Assembly: GCA_964007735.1 (NCBI GenBank)
Contig: CAXGAI010000006.1
Location: 62,001 to 126,000 of the forward strand
DNA: 64,000 nt
Direction of reading: 5' to 3'
DNA from: an uncultured Rhodopirellula sp.
Lineage (GTDB): Bacteria; Planctomycetota; Planctomycetia; Pirellulales; Pirellulaceae
Position 1 is the first letter of the stretch; the number at the start of each line of letters is the position of its first letter. A program made the position numbers and the translations under genes. Shown piece after piece: positions 39,902 through 50,241 of the stretch. The notes beneath the pieces are model-generated. The model saw only the letters and a list, made by a program, of their open reading frames with translations. It searched no databases and was not told where the DNA came from.

Positions 39902-40930
39902 GTGCCGTTGCGAACGATGCTTAAATCTCTCCCAAATTCCCGATCTATCTCAATAATCATCCACTTTCTGGTGCTCTTTACCTTCCTGCCATTGAGTAAC
40001 GCACTAGTAGCTCAGGAGTGGGCAAAAAAGATGTTTGCAACACTCGAACACGACTTTGGTACTGTTGCTAAAGATTCAATGCAGGAATTCCGCTTTGAGT
40101 TTACAAATCTCTACAAAGAAGATCTGCATATTTCGGGTGTTCGAGCGAGTTGTGGATGCACCATTCCCACGGCGGAACAAGACACCGTCAAAACTTTTGA
40201 AAAAGGAACGATCCTCGCAACTTACAACACCAAGGCCTTTGCCGGAGCGCGGGGCGCGACGGTGACAGTCACCTTTGACAAACCCTATTTCGCTGAAGTA
40301 CAACTTCAGGTCAACGGTTTCATTCGTACCGACCTCGCCTTTTCACCGTCAATTCTTGGATTCGGTGAATTTTCAATCAAAGATAAACCCAAGCTCGAGT
40401 TTAGCATCTCTCATGCCGGCAGCAGTGACTGGATGATCACTGATGTTAGGAGCAAGCATACCTACTACGAAGTCGCCATTCTGGAACGCACTCAACTGGC
40501 CAATCAGGTCGGGTACAAACTGGCCGTGCAGCTAAAAGACAACATTCCTGTGGGATATCTGCAGGATAATCTGATCATTGTTACCAACGACATAACGAAT
40601 CAGGAAATTAAATTGCCCGTCACCGGCAAGGTGTCAGCTCCGGTCACGCTAAGCCCCTCGTCATTACTACTGGGAATCACCAGCCCTGAAACAGAAATCA
40701 ACAAACGATTAATTCTGCGAGCCGATGAACCATTCACTATCGAATCGATCACCTGTGACTATCCCGGAGTTCGTTTCCAGCTGAGTGACGAAGCGAAGAA
40801 GATTCATATCGTGCCGGTAACCTTTACCGCCGGTCTGTCGGCTCAAAAAATTCAGGCTACCATCACAGCCAAAGTCAATCTCGATGGTGAGCTGATTCTC
40901 AAATGCCCGCTGAGTGCTACTGTCGAGTAA
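39902..40930 (+). CDS. DUF1573-domain exported Ig-like protein
   Basis: Signal peptide, then WAKKMF...HDFGTV...F.F.N...VRASCGCT. Start could be 39917. Confidence 0.8.
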   Translation: MPLRTMLKSLPNSRSISIIIHFLVLFTFLPLSNALVAQEWAKKMFATLEHDFGTVAKDSMQEFRFEFTNLYKEDLHISGVRASCGCTIPTAEQDTVKTFEKGTILATYNTKAFAGARGATVTVTFDKPYFAEVQLQVNGFIRTDLAFSPSILGFGEFSIKDKPKLEFSISHAGSSDWMITDVRSKHTYYEVAILERTQLANQVGYKLAVQLKDNIPVGYLQDNLIIVTNDITNQEIKLPVTGKVSAPVTLSPSSLLLGITSPETEINKRLILRADEPFTIESITCDYPGVRFQLSDEAKKIHIVPVTFTAGLSAQKIQATITAKVNLDGELILKCPLSATVE

Positions 40931-40973
40931 GCGTTCCACAAATATCAAAGCTGATCTGGACGGTGCCACCGTC

Positions 40974-42518
40974 TTATTGTGGAATACCGCGTTCCAACTC
41001 TCTCATCACAGCCAGCACCTTGTGTTCCTGCCAGGGCAGGCTGGATACCTGCACACCAATCGGCAGTCCAACACTTCCGTATTCGGTGCGAATAGCTTTT
41101 TTCACCGTGCCATCTCGATTGGGTTCACGCGCAGACTCTTCACCAATCTGCACAGATGACCAGGGAATCATTCCACCGGGACCGCCCACAAGATTCTGTA
41201 GCATGGCATGGCTACCGGCGGGTAATAAATCAATGCCATCATCATGGCACATCGCAGGCAATGCAAAGCAGGGGCTTAATATCACATCTAACCGCTGCTG
41301 CTCAAAGGCCTGTGTAAACTTTCGTCGATATTTATTGATCGCGTCGATTAACAGCCAATAATGACTGGCACTCAGCCGGCGTCCTGCACCTACCATCAGG
41401 GATTGATATTTTTGCCCTAGAAGCTTCAACAACCACGCAAGCCCAGGCCGTAACCAGCTGGGAATCCGAGTTGCCAGCATTAGCTTTCTAAAGGCACCAT
41501 GTAATCGACTCCCCTGCAGCACATACCGAGCCTGAAATCCACCGTCAGCGGACATTGCCCCCACATATAACCGAAACATCGATTCTGCATCAGGCACTTG
41601 AAACGATTCGACAACAGCACCTTGGGATTCCAAATATCTGGCCGCTTCCTGAACCGACCGAGAAATTCCCGGTGACGGCTGAAAGAAACCATCATCTTTC
41701 ACGAGCCCGACCCGCATCCCCTCAATAGTCCCGGGAATCTTCCGCATAGTTACGGGCGACTGTTCAAGAGTGTTTATAGCCGCCACGTCACCCGCCATGA
41801 CTTCCAGCATGCATTCCAGATCAGCTACACAATGGCCCATGGGTCCGGGTTGAGCGAGCATTACTTCCATGCCGCGGAAATTTCCTCGGGAACCACGACG
41901 CGTGAGCAAACCATTGGTCGGTTTTAATGAAAAGATTCCGGTAAAGTGAGCCGGAACCCGCAAACTCCCCCCCAAATCATTTCCCAATCCAAGATAGGAT
42001 CCGCCTGCGGCCAAAATCGCAGCTTCTCCTCCGGAACTTCCGCCCGGTGTTCTTTCCGGGTTCCACGGATTGAGGGAACGCCCATAGACGGGGTTAACGC
42101 ACTCATGCCACAGCATCATCTGTGGAATATTTGTCTTACCTAAAACAACCGCCCCTGCATTCTTGAGCCGCTTAACCATCACGCCATCTTCTTCGGACTG
42201 ACGTTTTCTAAGCCCATCAACTCCAAGACAACAATCTGTTTTAGCTACAAAGAAACACTCCTTAATGGTCATCGGAACACCATGCAAGGGACCAAGATAC
42301 TCTCCTCGCAAGGCCAATGCATCTAATCGTTTAGCATCGACTAAAGCCTGCTCAAATAACGGAATGACCACAGCATTGATTTTAGAATTGACCTCTTTAA
42401 TTCGTTCGATACATTGCCGTGTTAACGCTTCCGAAGTAATTTCGCCTCGGCGTATTCTTTCCGCCGCCTGGACAGCACTTAAATTTCCAGATTTCAACAG
42501 AGAAGATGGGGTGTTCAT
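40974..42518 (-). CDS. Amidase signature family protein (FAAH-like)
   Basis: GPLHGVPMTIKE, GKTN, TPGGSSGGE, GNDLGGSLRVPA, GLPIGVQV. Confidence 0.92.
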   Translation of the reverse strand: MNTPSSLLKSGNLSAVQAAERIRRGEITSEALTRQCIERIKEVNSKINAVVIPLFEQALVDAKRLDALALRGEYLGPLHGVPMTIKECFFVAKTDCCLGVDGLRKRQSEEDGVMVKRLKNAGAVVLGKTNIPQMMLWHECVNPVYGRSLNPWNPERTPGGSSGGEAAILAAGGSYLGLGNDLGGSLRVPAHFTGIFSLKPTNGLLTRRGSRGNFRGMEVMLAQPGPMGHCVADLECMLEVMAGDVAAINTLEQSPVTMRKIPGTIEGMRVGLVKDDGFFQPSPGISRSVQEAARYLESQGAVVESFQVPDAESMFRLYVGAMSADGGFQARYVLQGSRLHGAFRKLMLATRIPSWLRPGLAWLLKLLGQKYQSLMVGAGRRLSASHYWLLIDAINKYRRKFTQAFEQQRLDVILSPCFALPAMCHDDGIDLLPAGSHAMLQNLVGGPGGMIPWSSVQIGEESAREPNRDGTVKKAIRTEYGSVGLPIGVQVSSLPWQEHKVLAVMRELERGIPQ

Positions 42519-42546
42519 GACAGTCCTGCTAAATATTCCCCGGAAC

Positions 42547-43908
42547 TTATTGTGGCGTATCAGCTTGTGGCGTATCAGCTTGCGGCGTATCAGCTTGTGG
42601 CGTATCAGCTAAAGGTACTACCGCACCAAAGATAATGACCAACTCTTCCGTACCCAAATAATTTTTAACATCCCGGCGAGGACGGCGTATAAGACTCCCC
42701 AATACAAGACTGGAGACATCATCCTGAATAGGCTTTGCGATCTCCGGCGAATACAGCAAAGGCAATTCAACCTGAGCACCATCCAACTTCAAGGTCAATC
42801 GTTGATAACCGCTAATCGAATCCGGCTCACCCACGCTGCGTGCGGTGAACAAGACGCCTTCACGAGGACTCAGTCGCGTCTGCAGGCCTTTCTCGAATTC
42901 ATTATTTATTAAAGTCATTATTTCCGAACGCGCTGAGAGTTCCTGAAAGAACGAGTAAGCCCGGGAGGCCCCATCAAAACTTTCATTCATATCCGGATCC
43001 TGATAAGTAATTCCGGATGCTAACTGACCTAATGAAAGAAACAACTCTTTACTTTCGACCCGACGCAAATTATCACTCGCATCCTCTTCAAGATCATCCC
43101 ATTGCTTGAGACTTGCCTGAGCTTGCTCAAACATGTTGTCGATAACGACCGTTTGAAACACAAAGGAATCACGAATGTACTCCGTGGGTGACAAGGGCGC
43201 CGGACCTGTTGGTTTTAGCTGGGCTGCGATCTCATCGATCGTTGGATTCTGACTGTTTCCTGTTTCCCCATCCCCAACAAAGGGATTTCCGGAATTAGCT
43301 CCACCTCCTAACGGCACTTCGTCCATCGGACCAACGTTAAATCCAGTGTTTGGCTGTAGAGGGTTCGTTAGAGGGCGATGTTCATCTTCTTCCGCGGCTT
43401 CAAGACCCTTATTTTCCTCACCGGAAAAATTCTTGTTCAGCGACTCCGGCACAATTGACTGCAAGAAGCTAAGCGACGCTTCCGCATAGATCCTTTCACC
43501 AAGCCCTACCGGATCTCTTGGCTCTTCCGGCACGTGCCAAAGCACCAACTGGGCAAGTGGGAGTGCCAATGCTCCACCCAAAAACACCTGAAGAATTGTC
43601 TTTAAAGGTGAGCCTCCCGAGGAGCGGGTGAGTACCGCACGATCTGAAACCGGTCGTGAAGGCGCAGCTTCTTCGTCAAATGCAAACGCTGCGTGATTAG
43701 ATGCTTCTTCCGACACAGGAGCCATTTGGAACTCAGAATCATCTTGCTCGCGCGGATCTGATAAAACCTTTAATTCCGGAGGAAGCAAGTCTTTAAACAC
43801 TGATAGTTCATACTCAGCGTCACACAAAGGACATTGCACTCTGGCTTGGGCGCTAGCTGAAGGAACGGAAACTTCCTGCTGACACTCCGGACATTTGGCA
43901 ATTGCCAT
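42547..43908 (-). CDS. Hypothetical membrane-anchored protein with N-terminal zinc ribbon
   Basis: CPEC...CPLC at the N-terminus, one TM helix (~aa 105-125), acidic extracytoplasmic region, (ADTPQ)4 tail. Confidence 0.75.
   Translation of the reverse strand: MAIAKCPECQQEVSVPSASAQARVQCPLCDAEYELSVFKDLLPPELKVLSDPREQDDSEFQMAPVSEEASNHAAFAFDEEAAPSRPVSDRAVLTRSSGGSPLKTILQVFLGGALALPLAQLVLWHVPEEPRDPVGLGERIYAEASLSFLQSIVPESLNKNFSGEENKGLEAAEEDEHRPLTNPLQPNTGFNVGPMDEVPLGGGANSGNPFVGDGETGNSQNPTIDEIAAQLKPTGPAPLSPTEYIRDSFVFQTVVIDNMFEQAQASLKQWDDLEEDASDNLRRVESKELFLSLGQLASGITYQDPDMNESFDGASRAYSFFQELSARSEIMTLINNEFEKGLQTRLSPREGVLFTARSVGEPDSISGYQRLTLKLDGAQVELPLLYSPEIAKPIQDDVSSLVLGSLIRRPRRDVKNYLGTEELVIIFGAVVPLADTPQADTPQADTPQADTPQ
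42551..42610. repeat. 15-bp tandem repeat x4 (VNTR-like), encodes (ADTPQ)4
   Basis: TGTGGCGTATCAGCT x4, with one T>C variant in unit 3. Confidence 0.95.
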
Positions 43909-44001
43909 ATGGGGTCTCCCTAATCCCTAGAGGATCAATCTCATTTTCTCTGTTAACTGCAACCATTCTATGCCAATAGGAAGACACAGGCCAATGCAAG
44001 A

Positions 44002-45510
44002 TTAAATTCCGTACAGAGGTTCCAGCTTAGACTTTAGATGATTCATCAAATGTGTATGCGTTAAAGGCTCCTCTGTCACTTCGAGAACGAGTTCCGCCGG
44101 AGTAACATTCCGGCCACGTTGATGGATCTTTTCTCGGGTCCAATGCTTTAATTCCAGGAACTCACCACGACGGAATAATTCATCTAACCCACCAAGTTCT
44201 TTGTCAGCCTGCTGGTAAAACTGAGCAGCATATAGATTGCCAAGAGAATACGTAGGGAAGTAGCCAACCAAACCGGCGCTCCAGTGAACATCCTGCATTA
44301 CTCCGTCAGCATCTGAGGGTGGCTGAATTCCCAAGTATTGTTGATACTTGGCGTTCCAAGCTTCCGGCAAATCGGCCGGCACAATCTCTTCATTAATCAA
44401 AGCCTGTTCTAATTCAAAACGAATAATGATATGCAGGTTGTATGTTAGCTCATCTGCCTCCACACGAATCAACGATGGTTCCACATGATTGATTGCAAAG
44501 TAAAAATCATCCAGAGCCACGCCACTCAGACTTGAAAACTCCTGCTGAGCCTGTCCGTACCAATAATCCCAGAATGGTTTACCTCGTCCGACCTGGTTTT
44601 CCCACATTCGAGACTGCGATTCGTGAATCCCCAAGGACAAGTAATGTCCGGGGCCCAAGCCGTAATGCGACTTCCTTAAACCCTGATCGTAGATGCCGTG
44701 TCCGGCTTCATGAAGGATTCCAAAGAAAGCCATATTAAAGAAATTGCTGTCATATCGCGTGGTAATACGGCAATCATCAGGTCCGGCCTCGGTACAAAAG
44801 GGATGATGAGTGACGTCCAGCCGGCCGCGATCAAATTCAAAACCAATCTTCTTCGCAGCCTTCGTTCCAAATTTCTCTTGATACTCAACTGGGTAATCTC
44901 GTGTGAGTATGCTACGATCCGGTACCCTACCACTACCCTGGATGGCTTCCAGCAATGGGACTAGATCCTGCCTCAATGCCTCGAGTGCCTCCCGAACCGT
45001 ACTCGTTTTTTCCCCGGGTTCATAGTCGTCCAGCAACGCATCATACCGACATTCGTCATAGCCAATGGCATCAGCCTGCTCCCGTTTCAAAGAATAGACT
45101 GTCTCCAAATATGGCAAGAATTGACTGAAGTCATCTGCCCGTCGAGCTTCCACCCAGGCGTGTTGCCCATCATTCGTAGCCCGTGTCAACGCCTCAACAA
45201 GTTCTGCCGGTAGCTTTGTTTGTTTGTCGTAATTTCTCTGGGCTTCCCGAATCACCGTAGCTGAATCACTTTGAGGATCGGCTGTCAGATCGGTACCCTG
45301 TACGCTATCCAGCCATTCACCAATCCGCGGGTCCGTTTGTTTATCGTGGAGAAGCCGGGCAACATATGCCTGCTGTTCTGTACGATACGCACTCCCCTGC
45401 TGAGGCAGTTTACAGCGAGCATCCCAGTCAAGTAGGGACTCAATTGAACTCAGTAAAGCAACTTCACGAGTATGTGCACATAAATTTTCAAAAGCAGCTG
45501 ACATATCCAA
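44002..45510 (-). CDS. Carboxypeptidase M32 (Taq-like)
   Basis: LLDWD, YDALLDDYEPG, HPF, RITTRY, HEAGH, HESQS, IRVEADE, GVMQDVHW, GYFPTYSLG. Confidence 0.95.
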   Translation of the reverse strand: MDMSAAFENLCAHTREVALLSSIESLLDWDARCKLPQQGSAYRTEQQAYVARLLHDKQTDPRIGEWLDSVQGTDLTADPQSDSATVIREAQRNYDKQTKLPAELVEALTRATNDGQHAWVEARRADDFSQFLPYLETVYSLKREQADAIGYDECRYDALLDDYEPGEKTSTVREALEALRQDLVPLLEAIQGSGRVPDRSILTRDYPVEYQEKFGTKAAKKIGFEFDRGRLDVTHHPFCTEAGPDDCRITTRYDSNFFNMAFFGILHEAGHGIYDQGLRKSHYGLGPGHYLSLGIHESQSRMWENQVGRGKPFWDYWYGQAQQEFSSLSGVALDDFYFAINHVEPSLIRVEADELTYNLHIIIRFELEQALINEEIVPADLPEAWNAKYQQYLGIQPPSDADGVMQDVHWSAGLVGYFPTYSLGNLYAAQFYQQADKELGGLDELFRRGEFLELKHWTREKIHQRGRNVTPAELVLEVTEEPLTHTHLMNHLKSKLEPLYGI

Positions 45511-45643
45511 GTTCCCATCTTAAGGTACGTTCCAATCCACAAACAACCTTCGTGAATCGCAGGCGACAGGTTCTAGTCTATCGCAGTCAGCACCTAATGA
45601 GAATCACCGTGAGCACCACGGACGAAACATCGTCACAGGCGTG

Positions 45644-46390
45644 TTAGAAGATCAAGTCGTAGCCAATGACAAATAGAGCCATATCCACAATCGCATGGCT
45701 CAACCAAGCAGCCACAAAATTACCCGATCTACCATACAGCCAGGCCCAGACCCCACCACCAATGGCCACTCCGAAGGAAAACAGATATGCCAAAGGAGAA
45801 GTCAGGCCAAAAAACACTACCATCAGAACAACGTGATGTGCCATAAAGCTAAGACTGGACAAAACAATGGCCACCGAGTCCGGAATACTCCAAGATAAAC
45901 GCCTATAAACAAACCATCTCCAATAATACTCTTCCATCCCTGAGTGTATCAGCGAGTAAAAGGTAGCAAATGCTCCATACGCCCACAAAGTATTCAATCC
46001 AAACCCATCGACCTTAGCTAACACTTTGGATTTGAGATGAAAGTACGGGGCTGACCCTTTTAATAAGCCAAAATAAATCGCCAAAGCCGCGATCGAAGCA
46101 ACCACTCCAAAGATGATTCCGAGTTTGATCGCTGGCTTTTTCCAAATCGGCAATTCGATCGATTCACGACAAATCAGAAATACGAACACCAAGGGAAACG
46201 CAAACTGAATCAACTTTAACACGGTAAAGACCGTATTCTGACTATCCGTATCCTGACCGTTCATAAATACGAAATAGAAAACCGTCAGAATGAACGGGTA
46301 GACCATTGCGAACCAAAGTGACAGAGGAATCCGAGCCGCCATGGACTCGTATTCAGACCTGATTACCGGAAGTTCTGCTTCCACACTCAT
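45644..46390 (-). CDS. CPBP/CAAX (Abi-domain) intramembrane metalloprotease
   Basis: EEYYWR, FMAHH, SHAIVD motifs, multiple TM helices; ATG 46390 overlaps the upstream stop (ATGA). Confidence 0.85.
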   Translation of the reverse strand: MSVEAELPVIRSEYESMAARIPLSLWFAMVYPFILTVFYFVFMNGQDTDSQNTVFTVLKLIQFAFPLVFVFLICRESIELPIWKKPAIKLGIIFGVVASIAALAIYFGLLKGSAPYFHLKSKVLAKVDGFGLNTLWAYGAFATFYSLIHSGMEEYYWRWFVYRRLSWSIPDSVAIVLSSLSFMAHHVVLMVVFFGLTSPLAYLFSFGVAIGGGVWAWLYGRSGNFVAAWLSHAIVDMALFVIGYDLIF

Positions 46391-47544
46391 GCAAGACTCC
46401 AACGGGTTTGCCGAAGGATCGCTTTGGAACTGTCGGCTAACTTCTCGTACCAGACACTCAAGAATTCACCGTCACTCAATTCGACCGTCGTGACATAGCC
46501 GAGGTCGTAATTAGCTGCTTCGTCACTGAGAGTTATGGGCTCCGACCAAGTCTTCCCTTCGTCCTGACTTAACCGAGCCTGATTTCCCATCGAACCACGC
46601 CGGTAACCATAGGACATGAGGAGCCGTCCATCCCTGAGACGAAGCAAGTGTGATGGAAATCCCCAGACACCAATGGAATGAGGAACACTCCACGTCGCTC
46701 CGCCGTCACTGGACTCACTTTGCAGAGTTTCTCCGGCGTTATTTTTGTTGTGATTGCGAATATGAGCAAGCAGTTTTCCGCTAGGGGCTTCCACGGCGTG
46801 TAACTCGTGGTAGAGAGCGGAATCATCCCCCTCGCGAGTAGGAATACGAGCTTGTCGTTTCCAGGACTGACCATCATCTTCCGAGATGACAGAGCCGATG
46901 TAGCCATCTTCTCTCCACAAATGTTTACCAGCGTACAACTGCTTACCATCGGATAGCTGGATTGGTCCATGAGGGCTATTGAGTATGCAGTCATAGGGTT
47001 TAGTCCATGTAATCCCACCGTCGGTGGAACGAATCATCCAGGTACCCAGCGTCGCCTGGAGTTCTTCAGGGGTGACTCTTGAATGGGCGGCTCGCCAACG
47101 TTTCAGCCGGTCGGCTTCCCAGTTTTCTTCCCGTTGAGCTTTTTCAAAGAGGGAAACATAAGCATTGGAGGTAAACGTAGTAGCCAGCAAAGTTCCTTGA
47201 TTGGTTTCGAGAATACCGGCATCCCGATCATCAATAGGAGTATCGAGAATTGTCTGCGGCAGGAGCCAGGTTCTTCCTTGATCATGACTTCGATAGAACT
47301 GCACCGAACCAAACGGGCAAACGTGAGATTCTCGCGTACCTGAAGCCACCAATACCAATTGACCGTTGCTTCGTTTTGCCATAGTCGGCCAACCACTGTA
47401 ATGTCCGACGCTTACGTCGATGACCTCAGGCGTTGCAACATTTACAGCCGGAGCTGCTTTACTTTGTCGCGGTAAAAGAACTGTGGCAGCCGATGCCATT
47501 GTCACTTTGATAGCGGTGCGCCGTTTCATCAATCTTGTTTTCAT
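46387..47544 (-). CDS. Sialidase-fold (BNR/Asp-box) glycosidase, Tat-exported
   Basis: KRRTAIK twin-Arg-like signal; Asp boxes SHDQGRTW, STDGGITW, SEDDGQSW, SSDGGATW, SQDEGKTW; DLGY. Confidence 0.85.
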   Translation of the reverse strand: MKTRLMKRRTAIKVTMASAATVLLPRQSKAAPAVNVATPEVIDVSVGHYSGWPTMAKRSNGQLVLVASGTRESHVCPFGSVQFYRSHDQGRTWLLPQTILDTPIDDRDAGILETNQGTLLATTFTSNAYVSLFEKAQREENWEADRLKRWRAAHSRVTPEELQATLGTWMIRSTDGGITWTKPYDCILNSPHGPIQLSDGKQLYAGKHLWREDGYIGSVISEDDGQSWKRQARIPTREGDDSALYHELHAVEAPSGKLLAHIRNHNKNNAGETLQSESSDGGATWSVPHSIGVWGFPSHLLRLRDGRLLMSYGYRRGSMGNQARLSQDEGKTWSEPITLSDEAANYDLGYVTTVELSDGEFLSVWYEKLADSSKAILRQTRWSLA

Positions 47545-47740
47545 CCTAAATATTACCCTCCACTTCTCATCTTAATGAAGTTGGATTAAAAAGCCTGTTT
47601 TTTTTAAAAACATGGGTTCCAATTTGTGAATTGCATTAAAGAATTCCTCAGCCCCCGACGTTTAGACACTAAATGAACGGCCATCTCGGCAATGGTAGCG
47701 TTTTAATTACTAACCACCAGTCTTTTCCGGAGTCGAGAAT

Positions 47741-49330
47741 ATGAATCTCAGACAACACGGAATAAGTAACCTAAACGTGCATCATAACCTTGCACCGGCA
47801 GCGTTATACGAACATGCCGTTGAGTTTGACAAGGCGGAGCTCACTTCGTCAGGAGCGATCTGTAATCGTTCTTATGAAAAGACTGGCCGCAGCCCCCTAG
47901 ACAAACGTATCGTGGATAATCCCGAATCGCGCGAGGATGTATGGTGGGGCTCTGTAAATACTCCGCTTTGTGAGAAATCATATCAAGCCAATCGTCTGCG
48001 TGCTATTGAGTTTCTGGATGGCTGTGAAAATCTGTACGTGATCGATGGTTTTGCCGGCTGGGATCCACAGTATCGCTTAAAAATCCGAGTGATCTGCGCT
48101 CGCCCCTATCATGCCTTGTTTATGCACAACATGCTCATCCGGCCAACCGCGGCTGAACTGGCTGACTTTGGGCGTCCGGACTACACCATTCTTAATGCCG
48201 GAGAATGCTCTGCTGCTCCGGAGGTTCCTGGGAATACGAGTACCACGAGCATCGCACTTAATTTTGAAGCAAAAGAAATGACGATCCTTGGCACACAGTA
48301 TGCCGGAGAAATGAAAAAGGGCGTTTTTACAATCATGCATTATCTGATGCCAAAGGCGGGCATTCTTTCGATGCACTGCAGTGCCAATGAGGGCAACAAC
48401 GGTGATGTCGCACTCTTCTTTGGCTTATCTGGAACCGGTAAAACAACATTGTCTGCCGACGCCTCACGCTCTCTTATTGGTGACGATGAACATTGCTGGA
48501 CTGATCAGGGCATCTTCAATATTGAAGGTGGATGTTATGCCAAAGTCATCGATCTTTCCGCCGAGTCGGAACCGGAAATCTTCCATGCGATCCGTTTTGG
48601 TACGGTCCTGGAAAATACATTTGTGGATCCCGGCACCAGAGAGGTTGATTACTCCGACATCGGCCTAACTCAAAATACGCGAGCGGCCTATCCAATTAAC
48701 TTCATCGCGAATGCGGCCGAGCCATGTATCGGCGGCCACCCCAAAAACATCATCCTATTAACTTGTGACGCTTTTGGCGTTTTACCTCCGGTCTCTCGAC
48801 TCACCCCTGAACAGACCAGTTACTATTTTCTGAATGGATACACTGCCAAGGTAGCAGGGACAGAAATGGGGGTTAGCGAACCGGAAGCCACTTTCTCCAC
48901 TTGCTTTGGTGCGGCGTTTCTGGTCCACACTCCCAACACCTACAGTCGTCTGCTCGCCGAGAAAATGAAACGCCATCAAACCAATGCCTGGCTGGTCAAC
49001 ACAGGCTGGTCAAGCGGCGGTTTTGGAGAAGGCCATCGTATTAGCCTACCCATCACAAGGAATATTATTAATGCCATTCACAACGGTTTACTGGAGAGCA
49101 CTGCGACGGTTACTGAACCGGTCTTTGGATTAGAGATTCCCGTCGAAGTGCCTGACTGCCCAAGCTCGATTCTTATCCCCCGAACCACCTGGACTGATCC
49201 AAGCCAATACGATCAGGCCGCCGAGATATTGGCACAAAAATTCCATACTAATTTTGCGCAATACGTGCATGAGGTTGACCCACAAGTCGTTGCCGCCGGC
49301 CCTGCTGTCTCACTACGGAAAACCGGTTAG
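47741..49330 (+). CDS. pckA: Phosphoenolpyruvate carboxykinase (ATP)
   Basis: TGRSP.DK, YAGEMKKG, MHCSAN, FFGLSGTGKTTLS, LIGDDEH, EGGCYAK, CFGA. Confidence 0.97.
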   Translation: MNLRQHGISNLNVHHNLAPAALYEHAVEFDKAELTSSGAICNRSYEKTGRSPLDKRIVDNPESREDVWWGSVNTPLCEKSYQANRLRAIEFLDGCENLYVIDGFAGWDPQYRLKIRVICARPYHALFMHNMLIRPTAAELADFGRPDYTILNAGECSAAPEVPGNTSTTSIALNFEAKEMTILGTQYAGEMKKGVFTIMHYLMPKAGILSMHCSANEGNNGDVALFFGLSGTGKTTLSADASRSLIGDDEHCWTDQGIFNIEGGCYAKVIDLSAESEPEIFHAIRFGTVLENTFVDPGTREVDYSDIGLTQNTRAAYPINFIANAAEPCIGGHPKNIILLTCDAFGVLPPVSRLTPEQTSYYFLNGYTAKVAGTEMGVSEPEATFSTCFGAAFLVHTPNTYSRLLAEKMKRHQTNAWLVNTGWSSGGFGEGHRISLPITRNIINAIHNGLLESTATVTEPVFGLEIPVEVPDCPSSILIPRTTWTDPSQYDQAAEILAQKFHTNFAQYVHEVDPQVVAAGPAVSLRKTG

Positions 49331-49372
49331 CTTCCGGACCAACTTTAGGGCATTTTTATAAAAGCAATTAAG

Positions 49373-50149
49373 ATGACTGGCTCGGCATTCGATCTTCTCA
49401 AATTACAGCAAGATACATTTCTCGAATCGATTGAGTACTTCGAACAGCTTGAATCAACCAACACCGCTGCGAGCCGTCTAATAAATTCCGCACCTGCTCT
49501 GGATAACGTTCTAATACTAACTGCTGAGCAAACTGCCGGGCGAGGACAAGGTAATCATAAGTGGTATGCGGGTCAGGGAGCACTTACATTTTCTCTGATA
49601 CGTCACTTCTCTAATCTCCGAGGAAACGAACTGGCCACCCTTGGATTGGCGACGGGAATTGGTGTGGCCGAAGCGTTGCAGGAACTGACACCAGCCGCAA
49701 TTCAGCTCAAATGGCCCAACGATATCTTTGTTGAGGGGAAAAAGCTCGGAGGCGTTCTCATCGAAACCACTCAGGCAGCTCCGCAAACTCCGGTAATCGG
49801 TATTGGCCTGAATATCAACAATTCAATACAAGACCACTTGCCCGAAAACGTAGCAGCCTCCAGTATCTCTTTAATCGATCTAATCGGTAAAACCAGCAAT
49901 CTGACCGAGCTGCTCATCGGTTTACTCAGTCGTTTGAACAACTTTTACAAGCAACTTAATGCAAAAACTGCTGATATCCCCGCCAATTGGAATGTGCGTT
50001 GTATGTTTAATGGTAGCAAGGTAGATTTCGTTCAAGGTGAAATGCGTTATCAAGCCACCTGCCATGGAGTGCAGGCGGATGGAGCATTGTTACTAAAAAT
50101 AGATGGCGAAATCAGGCCTTTTTATTCAGGCTCTATCGCCCTGCCGTAG
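49373..50149 (+). CDS. birA: Biotin-protein ligase without an N-terminal HTH
   Basis: STN, AEQTAGRGQ, LKWPND, KKLGGVLIE, IGIGLN, DGALL. Confidence 0.9.
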   Translation: MTGSAFDLLKLQQDTFLESIEYFEQLESTNTAASRLINSAPALDNVLILTAEQTAGRGQGNHKWYAGQGALTFSLIRHFSNLRGNELATLGLATGIGVAEALQELTPAAIQLKWPNDIFVEGKKLGGVLIETTQAAPQTPVIGIGLNINNSIQDHLPENVAASSISLIDLIGKTSNLTELLIGLLSRLNNFYKQLNAKTADIPANWNVRCMFNGSKVDFVQGEMRYQATCHGVQADGALLLKIDGEIRPFYSGSIALP

Positions 50150-50241
50150 AACGAACCTCTCGTTCCATTCGTACCACAGGGATGACCTAGAAATCCTGCT
50201 TCCATCCTTTTTAACGAATCAGAGTTCAATCCGGTTTCGCC

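Noticed and set aside
42551..42610. Possible CRISPR mini-array
   Set aside because: The units are 15 bp, contiguous, lack spacers and are coding; no cas genes are present.
45644..46390. Abi-domain protein as a phage-defence system
   Set aside because: It is an ordinary CPBP intramembrane protease with no defence-island context.
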